Shown: in pieces, positions 11,188 through 19,391 of the stretch
How positions within the stretch are numbered: position 1 is the stretch's first letter
How the letters are laid out: the number at the start of each line of letters is the position of its first letter
From: Psychrobacter cryohalolentis K5
Lineage (GTDB): Bacteria > Pseudomonadota > Gammaproteobacteria > Pseudomonadales > Moraxellaceae
Reading direction: 5' to 3'
Assembly: GCF_000013905.1 (NCBI RefSeq)
Contig: NC_007969.1
Coordinates: forward strand, 690,001 to 722,000
Length of the DNA: 32,000 nt
Position numbers and translations under genes: made by a program
The notes under the pieces: model-generated
Told to the model about the DNA's origin: nothing
The model's input: the letters and a program-made list of their open reading frames with translations, nothing else
Database searches by the model: none

Positions 11188-11243
11188 TAATAATTGACAG
11201 TTATAAGATAGCAAAGTGATAAGAGCTGAGAGCTTATGATGTT

Positions 11244-12053
11244 CTAAACTTGGCTCGCTACATTTTCTGTATCTAATGGATGGACAGGACCTTGTACTTG
11301 TACTGGCTCGTCTTTTTCGCTGATAATATCTTCATTGCTATTTGAGGATAATAAATCGCGATAATTAATCTGCGCTTTCAAAATCAATTGTTCTTCTTCA
11401 AGCTCACCATAGTTAACTTGTGCCTTATGTAACATGCCGATAATTTTCTTATTACTCTTCAGCCAACGATTAATATCAATATAAATAATCTCATTTTTGG
11501 CGCGTGCAATATCGATATAAGATAGGATAAAACCCAACGGGTCTTTTTTCAGGATACGGTGGTAAAACCAAATAAATAGTTTGATACCTTGACGCTTAAG
11601 AAAGGACTCACAGCGCAAATTTAGGATATCGGTATAGGTCAGTTGCCCAAAGACAAAGCGCTGTACATTGCGATCGAGCTGAGCATGTACCAGACGAAAG
11701 TTACTCGCGACCTCTGCATAAATGCCACCTGCATCGACCGTGCAGTATAAGCGAAACCAATCTTCGTGTATCTCAACACGCAGCTCTAAGATGGCTTTGA
11801 CATTATCCGTGACATAGGTTTTTAGCGCATCATTGACGTAGGCTTGTGTTAGCGGTAGCGCCAGCTCATCTTCTAGCTTATCGGTTGTACGGTTGTATAA
11901 GTCTTTAATAGATTGGGTCAGGCGATCCCAACCATCGCTGAATGATTCATCAAAGCGGTAGCCGAGATTCTCGAAAAAGTCATCAAAGTTGTCTGAATGA
12001 TTGATGTTATCACTCATGTTATTAAAGCTACTCAAACTTATTATCCTTATCAT
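11244..12053 (-). CDS. Hypothetical cytoplasmic protein with acidic termini; no family recognised
   Basis: Long uninterrupted ORF with no competing ORF. There is no signal peptide or TM segment. The start is ambiguous (ATG 12053 or ATG 12017, giving MSDNINH...) and neither has a clear Shine-Dalgarno. Confidence 0.7.
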   Translation of the reverse strand: MIRIISLSSFNNMSDNINHSDNFDDFFENLGYRFDESFSDGWDRLTQSIKDLYNRTTDKLEDELALPLTQAYVNDALKTYVTDNVKAILELRVEIHEDWFRLYCTVDAGGIYAEVASNFRLVHAQLDRNVQRFVFGQLTYTDILNLRCESFLKRQGIKLFIWFYHRILKKDPLGFILSYIDIARAKNEIIYIDINRWLKSNKKIIGMLHKAQVNYGELEEEQLILKAQINYRDLLSSNSNEDIISEKDEPVQVQGPVHPLDTENVASQV

Positions 12054-12214
12054 TATAAAAGCGTGACCGATACCAAACAGTATATATCAAAAACGAGGTG
12101 GGCAAAATGAACGTCTATTACTCATCAGCATACCTTTATTTTCTATATCAAATGCGCTGGGCTTATGTGATGAGTACAAGTTAGAGTATACCTCTCACTG
12201 TAAGCAATGATAAA

Positions 12215-13252
12215 TTGTTGAGAAGTTACTGTGAATTTACGGTATACGGTTGTGCTAGCGAGACAATTCTATGTCATGTTATGATGGCGCCGGCATGGGC
12301 AATAGATATGGATATTAACACGTTTATTGATGATCGCCTTTATATTCATAAGCTGAGACTGACTGCGGTGTATATTAAAGACTCACAAAGCTACCATTTT
12401 TCAGCGCAAGCACCAAAACGTGATATCAGCTTGCCGATGGCGATTGTTATTGCCATTAGCGTGCATGCGTTGATTATTTTCGGTATCAGTTTTTCGATGG
12501 GGCAAGACCCTGCCGGATTGATGCAAGACGTTGCTAAAGCCCTAACGGATAATATGCAGCCAAATGAAGATGCTCAATTTATTGCCAATGCCTCGCAACA
12601 AGGCGGCGGTACGGTAAAAGAGCAATTGCGTCAAGAAACGGACCAAAGCAGCCCGTTATCCGCTGAGCAAATGAGTGAGACGCAAGACGTGATTCGCTTG
12701 CAGCGGCAAGTACGCCAGCAGCATTATCAAGAAAGCTACCTGCGCACCACACTAAGCTGGCGTCATGCAAGCGTAGAGTCTGATAATGACAGTAAGCAAG
12801 CGCAAGATGATATGAGAGTGCAAGAAGAGCGCCTACGTAAGCAGATTGCTACCTTGGAGGCGCAACTGTCTCAGCGTCAGCAAACTTATGCTACCAAATC
12901 AAAAGTAGTGACCATGGACAGTAACTCAACGACCCATGGCGCGGCGGCAGATTATATCAATACCTTTCGTGAGCATGTTGAGCGCGTTGGGAATTTGCAA
13001 TATCCTGCTCAAGCAAGGGCACAAAGTATTACGGGCGAAGTGCGTTTAATGGTGATTATTGCTAACGACGGTAATATCAAAGCCATCCGTTTGCTTGAGA
13101 GTTCAAATTCAACTATCTTAGATGAAGCGGCAAAACAATCAGTCAGGCAAGCCGCGCCATTTGGTAAATTTACCGCGGATATGAAAGACATTGTTGAGTT
13201 GCGTCTGATACGTACCTACCGTTATAGTGATATCGTAGAAGTGACGTACTAG
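12215..13252 (+). CDS. TonB C-terminal-domain protein (TonB family energy transducer-like); start uncertain
   Basis: N-proximal TM helix with the S-x-x-x-H-type signature (AISVHALIIFG). C-terminal TonB-like domain (YPAQARAQSITGEVRLMVIIANDGNIKAIRLLESSNSTILDEAAKQSVRQAAPFGKF). The TTG at 12215 may be too far upstream; in-frame ATGs occur at about 12281 and 12308. Confidence 0.8.
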   Translation: MLRSYCEFTVYGCASETILCHVMMAPAWAIDMDINTFIDDRLYIHKLRLTAVYIKDSQSYHFSAQAPKRDISLPMAIVIAISVHALIIFGISFSMGQDPAGLMQDVAKALTDNMQPNEDAQFIANASQQGGGTVKEQLRQETDQSSPLSAEQMSETQDVIRLQRQVRQQHYQESYLRTTLSWRHASVESDNDSKQAQDDMRVQEERLRKQIATLEAQLSQRQQTYATKSKVVTMDSNSTTHGAAADYINTFREHVERVGNLQYPAQARAQSITGEVRLMVIIANDGNIKAIRLLESSNSTILDEAAKQSVRQAAPFGKFTADMKDIVELRLIRTYRYSDIVEVTY

Positions 13253-13336
13253 AAGCGTTAAAAGCAGTCCTGCATTTTCAACGTATTAACTAAAACAGTA
13301 AATAGATAACACCCAGATATAGAGTAAAGAGTTTAT

Positions 13337-14212
13337 ATGGAATTTTTAGGTTTTACCCTTGATGTTGCCACTTTAACCAATAACGCTTTGAGTATTGCTG
13401 CTAAAGTGGCATTAGCGCTACTAATATTTATGATAGGGCGCTGGCTTGCCAAAAAAGCCGTCACATTTGCTCACGGTATGATGTTGCGTAGTCGTTTAGA
13501 TGAGACAGTCGCTAGTTTTTTAGGTCGCTTAATTTACGGTGTGCTATTGGTTGTGGTCGTTTTGGCTGCCTTGAGTAAAGTTGGTGTGCAGACCACTTCA
13601 GTCGTGGCTATCTTGGGTGGTGCAGCGGTTGCGATTGGTTTATCACTGAAAGATCAGCTGTCTAATTTTGCAGCGGGCATTATGATTGTCACCTTTCGCC
13701 CCTTTGTGCGCGGTGATTATGTGCAAATAAGCAGCTATACGGGCACTGTGACAGAGATTACCTTGGTCAATACGCATCTAACAACGATTAACAATCATGA
13801 TGTCATCATTCCTAATAGCGATATCACCACTTCAGCGGTTGTTAATTACACCGCATTGCCCAATCGCCGCGTCGATATCACCGTTGGTATTGGTTATGAT
13901 GCTGATATCAAAACTGCCAAAGATGTTATGCTAAATTTGGCAATCAGTAATCCGAAGGCGTTTACTGATCCTGCACCGGTTATTCGCGTCACTAACTTGG
14001 GCGATAACTCCGTTGATTTAACTTTAAACGTTTGGACGACTAATGACGACTGGTGGTCAATGCAGTGCGATCTATTGGAACAGTTTAAATATGCACTGGA
14101 TGATAATAAAATTGATATTCCGTTCCCGCAGCGTAATGTCCATGTGAAAGGACTTGACCAGATGATTAATCAGATGGATCAGGCACAAAAACTACTAACG
14201 AAAAAAGATTAG
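13337..14212 (+). CDS. mscS: Small-conductance mechanosensitive channel
   Basis: Collinear by eye with E. coli MscS: GGAAVAIGLSLKDQLSNFAAGIMIVTFRPFVRGDYV, IIPNSDI, IDIPFPQRNVHV. Length is similar (291 aa). Confidence 0.9.
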   Translation: MEFLGFTLDVATLTNNALSIAAKVALALLIFMIGRWLAKKAVTFAHGMMLRSRLDETVASFLGRLIYGVLLVVVVLAALSKVGVQTTSVVAILGGAAVAIGLSLKDQLSNFAAGIMIVTFRPFVRGDYVQISSYTGTVTEITLVNTHLTTINNHDVIIPNSDITTSAVVNYTALPNRRVDITVGIGYDADIKTAKDVMLNLAISNPKAFTDPAPVIRVTNLGDNSVDLTLNVWTTNDDWWSMQCDLLEQFKYALDDNKIDIPFPQRNVHVKGLDQMINQMDQAQKLLTKKD

Positions 14213-14817
14213 TTATAAGGGTTTGGAATATTGAGCCCTGCCAAAATTTCAATCTCAAAGCGCTCCATCTCATCTTGCTCGGCTTGCCCGAGCTCATGAT
14301 CGAAACCGAGTAAATGCAGTACTCCATGAATTAATAAGTGGCTAATATGCTGCACAGCCTCTTTATTTTGCTCTGCTGCTTCACGTATCATCACCGCATG
14401 GCAAATGATTAGCTCTCCAAGCGGTAGCGTTGGCATCAGTCCAATAATGGCTGCTGGCAGGTCGCTTGGATAAGAGAGGATATTGGTTGCATAATCCTTT
14501 TGACGGGCTTCTAAATTCAGCTCGCGACCTTCGACTTCATCAGTAATATAAATATCGAGCACCTTAATCTTCTCTTGCCACTGCTCAGCATCGATATCTT
14601 CAAAGTATGGCAGTATCAGACCACCTTTTACCTGCTCATCGATATAGTTAAGTGTCGCCGCCATTACAGACAGCATCTGCTCCCGACTGTAAAAACTATC
14701 AAGTGTCTGGTCATCGATAAGCTCACTGGCACTAATATCAAGCGCGTCTAAGCTATTGTTCTCATTAGAATTATCATTAATGTTGTTGCTAGCCTCACTA
14801 TTGCTGTCTTGGCTCAT
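14209..14817 (-). CDS. ybeY: rRNA maturation endoribonuclease YbeY with an acidic/Asn-rich N-terminal extension
   Basis: Zinc-binding motif HGVLHLLGFDH. AAGGA lies 7 nt upstream of the ATG. It is adjacent to the phoH-like gene, as in many bacteria. Confidence 0.92.
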   Translation of the reverse strand: MSQDSNSEASNNINDNSNENNSLDALDISASELIDDQTLDSFYSREQMLSVMAATLNYIDEQVKGGLILPYFEDIDAEQWQEKIKVLDIYITDEVEGRELNLEARQKDYATNILSYPSDLPAAIIGLMPTLPLGELIICHAVMIREAAEQNKEAVQHISHLLIHGVLHLLGFDHELGQAEQDEMERFEIEILAGLNIPNPYN

Positions 14818-14857
14818 ACCCTAATCCTTCTTTATATCAATTAAAAAATATCTAACA

Positions 14858-14887
14858 GTAAAAAACCGGATATCAAATCCGGTTTCC
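14858..14887 (-). terminator. Rho-independent terminator downstream of the phoH-like gene
   Basis: On the minus strand an 8-bp stem, aaaccgga (plus-strand 14863-14870) with tccggttt (14878-14885), is followed by a U-run. It lies 28 nt after the ybeZ stop and about 40 nt before the ybeY start. Confidence 0.65.
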
Positions 14888-14913
14888 TTCCAATATAGGC
14901 CTATCAAGATAGA

Positions 14914-16011
14914 TTAGAGTTTGGCTGCTGCATCAGCAACTATCTGTTTGCGCTCCTGCTCTTTCATACGTTCAAACTTGCGCTTTTCCTGCAAGGCAAA
15001 CTGCTCGTCATCATAGACATCATAAGCTTCAACGATTTTTTGTACCAACTGATGGCGTACGACGTCTTTTGAATCAAACTTAGTGATATGAATCTCTTCA
15101 ATACCACTTAAGATTTCCATCGCTTGTGCCAAGCCTGACTTGCTGCCACGTGGCAAATCTACCTGTGTAATGTCACCGGTAATGACCGCGCGCGAACCAA
15201 AACCTAAACGCGTCAAAAACATCTTCATTTGCTCAGGTGTGGTGTTCTGCGCCTCATCCAAAATGACAAACGAGTTATTTAAAGTACGACCACGCATATA
15301 GGCAAGCGGGGCAATTTCAATGATTTGCTTTTCAATCATCTTACCGACTTTCTCAAACCCAATCATTTCATATAGTGCATCGTATAAAGGACGCAAGTAT
15401 GGATCAATTTTTTGCGTTAAATCACCTGGTAAAAAGCCCAGTTTTTCGCCAGCTTCTACCGCAGGACGTACGAGCAAAATACGCTCAATCTCATTGCGCT
15501 CAATCATATCAACTGCACAAGCAACCGCGAGATAGGTTTTACCGGTACCGGCAGGTCCAATCCCAAACGACACATCAGACGATAGAATATCTCTGACATA
15601 GCGTTGTTGATTGCCACCACGTGGAATGATTTTGCCATTACGGGTACGCAAGCTGATAGGCGTAAATTCACTTGGGGCGTCTAAGTCTTCCTCATTATCC
15701 TCTAGCTGTGCTGCATCTTCTTCAATATCTTCATCGCGCGCGAGGCTTGATTGAATGATGAGATGCAATTCTTCGGCGCTGATGTCTTTGGTGTTTTGCG
15801 CTTCATCGACCATTTTATAAATAATACGTTCGCCGCGCTCAACACCCAATATGTCGCCACTTAGACAAAAGTCGCCTTGGCGTTGGCTGATTTTAATATC
15901 GAGGCGTTGTTGAATGTATTTCATGTGATTGTTGTATTCACCAAGCACGGTTTTGAGCTGTGCTGGGGTCAAGGATTCAAATTTTATACGGCGGCTCATG
16001 GAGTCAGTCAA
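14914..16011 (-). CDS. ybeZ: PhoH-family ATPase (YbeZ-like)
   Basis: Walker A motif GPAGTGKTYLAVA, Walker B motif FVILDEAQN, and ITGDITQVDLP. The TTG at 16011 has AAGGA 7 nt upstream; an alternative ATG is at 15999. Confidence 0.92.
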   Translation of the reverse strand: MTDSMSRRIKFESLTPAQLKTVLGEYNNHMKYIQQRLDIKISQRQGDFCLSGDILGVERGERIIYKMVDEAQNTKDISAEELHLIIQSSLARDEDIEEDAAQLEDNEEDLDAPSEFTPISLRTRNGKIIPRGGNQQRYVRDILSSDVSFGIGPAGTGKTYLAVACAVDMIERNEIERILLVRPAVEAGEKLGFLPGDLTQKIDPYLRPLYDALYEMIGFEKVGKMIEKQIIEIAPLAYMRGRTLNNSFVILDEAQNTTPEQMKMFLTRLGFGSRAVITGDITQVDLPRGSKSGLAQAMEILSGIEEIHITKFDSKDVVRHQLVQKIVEAYDVYDDEQFALQEKRKFERMKEQERKQIVADAAAKL

Positions 16012-16416
16012 GCGATTATCCTTGTGTTGGTTGCCCGCTGCTATGGTTATTGCTTCTATGCTGCATAGTCAGACGAACTTCAGAGATAAAATAGTTAGTC
16101 GTGCTTTATGTTGTTTGGTTTATAGCTTTTAGCGTACGGCTTTTAGATAATAGAAAATGACGGCAAAGTAGCTGTTAGTTTAATGAATAGTAAGTTTGAT
16201 GAATAATAAATAAATTTCCTGCCTTCATTATGGTAGATAGAATTTAAATTTCAAGCTATATAGATGTATGCATGGCTTTGTTTTTGTATGGCGATTGCAA
16301 CGATAGATAAAAGCATTGAGCAGTCACACTGAAAGAATTTTTTATAGCTGCTACAGATACCGTCAAGACCACAGAATAAAAGGCAATTTGTGGTAATCTA
16401 TTGTTTAGGCGATAAC

Positions 16417-16569
16417 GCTATAGTCAGTTTTAAATGAAAGAAATACAAACATTATAACGTGCTACTGGTATTAATTTTTCTTGCTTGCTGTGCCTAGGCA
16501 GACAGAGGCTGCGAATAATTAATTCCAGTAGCACTGTATTCTTTTAAAGGTGCATCTACTATATTAGAA
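16417..16569 (+). repeat. Structured intergenic repeat, copy 1 (long imperfect hairpin)
   Basis: Alignable over about 150 nt with 28835-28986 and 31567-31717. The 18-bp arms at 16459-16476 and 16517-16534 pair at 17/18 positions around the GC-rich core at 16477-16516. Confidence 0.85.
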
Positions 16570-16676
16570 ATTTTTTAATATGTTCAAAGAACAATAGGTT
16601 TTTCAATAAAATAAAATTTTGAGTGAATAATAATCACGTATAAATGCGTGCTAAATCGACAATGATAGGAATAATA

Positions 16677-17981
16677 ATGATGCAAACTACTGAATCAAAT
16701 TTATCAAAACTTAATAATATTAAACACACTGCGATGACTGAGCAGCAGGTACTTATCGCTGGTGGCGGTCATGTCGGTTTGTCGTTTGCGTTGCTATTGG
16801 CAAACCATGGTATCGCCAGTACATTGCTCGAGAAGAACAGCTATCCGACCATCAGTCCAAATGATGATAGCAATCGCAGCCACTATTTAGACAGCCGTAA
16901 TACGGCATTGTCACGGCGTACGGTACAGATTTATCAAGAGATCGGGCTGTGGGATGAACTACAAAGCCATGCCTGCCGTATTGATGCCGTACAGATTAGT
17001 GAACAAGGTAGCTTTGGACGCGCGCAACTCAATAAAAAGGATGAACAAGTTGAGTCGTTTGGACAAGTGATGGAAAATGCGTGGCTTGGGCGTAAGTTAC
17101 TCCTTGCTGCCCAGCAAGAGCCACTGATTACGCTCATTGATAATGCAAATGTAATAGCCGTTGACCAGAAAAGCGATAGCGTAACCCTAAGTTTTAGCTA
17201 TTATGGTGAAGAAGAGCATGAGCAGCAATTGCAGGGTAGTGTGTTGGTCGCCTGTGATGGTCGCGACTCTACCGTGCGTCAGTTATTAGATATCGGTACG
17301 ACTACTTATGACTATAAGCAAACGGCTATCGTCGGCGTGGTAGAAACGGACAAACCACATGAGCATAATGCGATTGAGCGTTTTAGTCCTGCCGGACCAC
17401 TGGCAGTGTTGCCATTAACGGATCCAGAAGGCGACGGTAATGACGAATATCAGACTGGCTATAGACGTTCAGTCGTTTGGGTCTGCCGAACCGGAGAAGA
17501 GACGCAATACTTAGAGGATGACGCGCATTTCTTAGCGACTTTGCAGCAAGCTTTTGGTCAGCGTGCAGGCACGTTTAAAACTGCTGGTCGCCGTGGTGCA
17601 TATCCATTGACACAAGTGCTGGCAGATAAACAAGTGGATGGTCGCTGCGTTATCATGGGTAATGCAGCGCACACCCTGCATCCAGTAGCAGGACAAGGGT
17701 TTAACCTATGTATGCGTGATGCTCATGTACTGGCACAAATGATGAGTGCGCAAGTACTAAAAGGCGAAGACATCGGTAATCCTACATTACTAAAGCGTTA
17801 TGAGAAAGCCCGTCAAACTGACCAAAAACGCGTTATTCGTTTTTGTGATGCGGTGGTACATGGCTTTACGCATCCAAATCCAGCGGTGAAGCTGGCGCGT
17901 AATGTCGCCTTGGTTGCCTTCGATAAATTACCGAATATTAAACCATTAATTGCCAATTATGCGATGGGTCTAAAGTCTTAG
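16677..17981 (+). CDS. ubiH: FAD-dependent ubiquinone biosynthesis hydroxylase (2-octaprenyl-6-methoxyphenol hydroxylase-like)
   Basis: GGGHVGLSFALLL dinucleotide fold, DGRDSTVRQ, GNAAHTLHPVAGQGFNLCMRDA, and GRRGAYPL matching E. coli UbiH GKRSAYPL. AGGA lies 6 nt upstream of the ATG at 16677. The ORF-track start at 16644 and the ATG at 16734 are alternatives. Confidence 0.88.
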   Translation: MMQTTESNLSKLNNIKHTAMTEQQVLIAGGGHVGLSFALLLANHGIASTLLEKNSYPTISPNDDSNRSHYLDSRNTALSRRTVQIYQEIGLWDELQSHACRIDAVQISEQGSFGRAQLNKKDEQVESFGQVMENAWLGRKLLLAAQQEPLITLIDNANVIAVDQKSDSVTLSFSYYGEEEHEQQLQGSVLVACDGRDSTVRQLLDIGTTTYDYKQTAIVGVVETDKPHEHNAIERFSPAGPLAVLPLTDPEGDGNDEYQTGYRRSVVWVCRTGEETQYLEDDAHFLATLQQAFGQRAGTFKTAGRRGAYPLTQVLADKQVDGRCVIMGNAAHTLHPVAGQGFNLCMRDAHVLAQMMSAQVLKGEDIGNPTLLKRYEKARQTDQKRVIRFCDAVVHGFTHPNPAVKLARNVALVAFDKLPNIKPLIANYAMGLKS

Positions 17982-18076
17982 TATTGATAAGCCATTAAAA
18001 AAATTCAAAAATCTAACTGCTGCTAATTATTAAAAATATCAGCGGATAACTCAAGTAGCGAAACGAAGGATATTTT

Positions 18077-19354
18077 ATGAAAAATAACCATACGCTGATT
18101 ATCGGCGGCGGTATCGTCGGTGCAACGCTTGCGCTCAAACTGGCACAAGACAATAAGCCGGTGACACTCATTGATGCGCGCCCAAAGCGTAACGAGGAAG
18201 ATTGGCAGCAAATACTGGGTCAACGTGATGCACGTGTTTATGCGTTAAGTCTTGCCAGTATTGAATTATTAAAAGAAGTTGGCGCTTGGCAAAAAATAGC
18301 AGCGTCAGAGCGTAAAGCTGATTACTTACAAATGCAGGTTTGGCAATTGAATGGTGTGGGCGAGCTGCTGTTCGGCGATAGTACTAATAATAGTGATGAC
18401 AGTAATCAAAATTCTGAGCCGAAAATGCTTGGTAGTATGGTTGAGCCCGCAGTTATCGAATATGCATTATGGCAGCGTTTATCTGCTACCGATTTAAAGC
18501 AATATCTAACGGTTATCGATGGGCAGAAGATCGTTGATATGGACTGGCTAGGTGCAACGCAAGGCTACCGCGTGACTTTGGATAACGATACCGTGATTGA
18601 CGCGAATTTATTGGTTGGTGCTGACGGTCGCGGTTCATTCGTGCGCAAGCAAGCAGGTATTGAGCTTGATATTCTTGATTATAATCAAACCGCGATCTGT
18701 TGTGCGATTCAAACTGAAAAGCCGCATCAAGCAACTGCTCGTCAAGCCATGCTGCCGACTGGTACGCTGGCATTATTGCCGCTCGCTGATATCACTGATG
18801 AAGACAAAGCCAATCCACAGCATTGGCAGTCGATTGTATGGACATTACCACGTAATCAAGCATTGGCATTGATAGAAGAACACCCGCGCTATATCGCTGA
18901 TAAATTGGCTGCTGCCAGTCATTATGAGCTTGGTGCTATCTACAAAATTGAATCAATCGCCAGTTTTCCGCTAGCGGCGCAGCAAGCAAAGACTTATGTC
19001 TCGGATAATTTAGTATTGATTGGTGATGCGGCGCATGGGGTGCATCCACTTGCTGGGCAAGGGCTCAATCTTGGGATGCTCGATGTAAAAGCATTAAGCA
19101 AACAATTGGCGCATGATTATAACCGTAGTGGTGGGTCGCTTTGGGGCACCAATCAAACCTTGCGTAGCTATGAGCGCTTGCGTCGTCCGCATAACAGTCT
19201 GATGATGCACAGCTTTTCGGCGCTTAACTGGCTGTTCGCTGGCTCGCTGGCTCAATTGCGTCCTATCCAACAACTTCGTAATGAAGGTATGTATCGGGTT
19301 AGTAAAATCAAGCCATTGATGCGGCTATTTGCTAAGCAGGCGAGTGGGGTTTAG
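18077..19354 (+). CDS. ubiI: Second UbiH/UbiF/UbiI-family FAD-dependent hydroxylase (UbiI/VisC-like by position)
   Basis: IIGGGIVGATLALKL, GADGRGSFVRK, GDAAHGVHPLAGQGLNLGMLD. It lies directly downstream of ubiH, as ubiI does in E. coli. Assignment to a paralogue (ubiI versus ubiF) is uncertain. Confidence 0.8.
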   Translation: MKNNHTLIIGGGIVGATLALKLAQDNKPVTLIDARPKRNEEDWQQILGQRDARVYALSLASIELLKEVGAWQKIAASERKADYLQMQVWQLNGVGELLFGDSTNNSDDSNQNSEPKMLGSMVEPAVIEYALWQRLSATDLKQYLTVIDGQKIVDMDWLGATQGYRVTLDNDTVIDANLLVGADGRGSFVRKQAGIELDILDYNQTAICCAIQTEKPHQATARQAMLPTGTLALLPLADITDEDKANPQHWQSIVWTLPRNQALALIEEHPRYIADKLAAASHYELGAIYKIESIASFPLAAQQAKTYVSDNLVLIGDAAHGVHPLAGQGLNLGMLDVKALSKQLAHDYNRSGGSLWGTNQTLRSYERLRRPHNSLMMHSFSALNWLFAGSLAQLRPIQQLRNEGMYRVSKIKPLMRLFAKQASGV

Positions 19355-19391
19355 TGTTTAACGAACTTTCTAGATGAACTAAGGAAGGTAT

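Noticed and set aside
12205-12221. AATGATAAATTGTTGAG resembles the left half of a Fur box upstream of, or overlapping, the TonB-like gene start.
   Set aside because: Only the first 8 positions match the GATAATGATAATCATTATC consensus and the right half does not. That is too weak to call without a genome-wide matrix scan.
15877-16132. Two + strand ORFs (63 and 67 aa) at the ybeZ 5-prime end.
   Set aside because: Both are antisense to the ybeZ start region, with no ribosome-binding site and no conserved look.
16012-16416. Possibility of a 6S RNA (ssrS) here, because ssrS lies near the pepP-ubiH-ubiI cluster in E. coli.
   Set aside because: The sequence is AT-rich. It lacks the GC-rich closing stem and the central-bubble architecture expected of 6S RNA. 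It also lacks the zapA and ygfA (5-formyltetrahydrofolate cyclo-ligase) neighbours.
16477-16516. The repeat core as an invertible promoter (phase-variation switch).
   Set aside because: The core contains only a weak TTGCTT -35-like hexamer with no suitably spaced -10 in either orientation. The ~40-bp invertible segment is too short for known recombinase-mediated inversion. No recombinase gene lies in the window.
16644-16676. Longer N-termini offered by the ORF track: ubiH from 16644, lipoprotein 3 from 20733, nadB from 25338, nadA from 26458 and argO from 30677.
   Set aside because: Downstream ATGs have better Shine-Dalgarno spacing, avoid overlap with the upstream gene, or match homologue N-termini. 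The extensions add non-homologous residues. The alternatives are kept as notes in the feature evidence.
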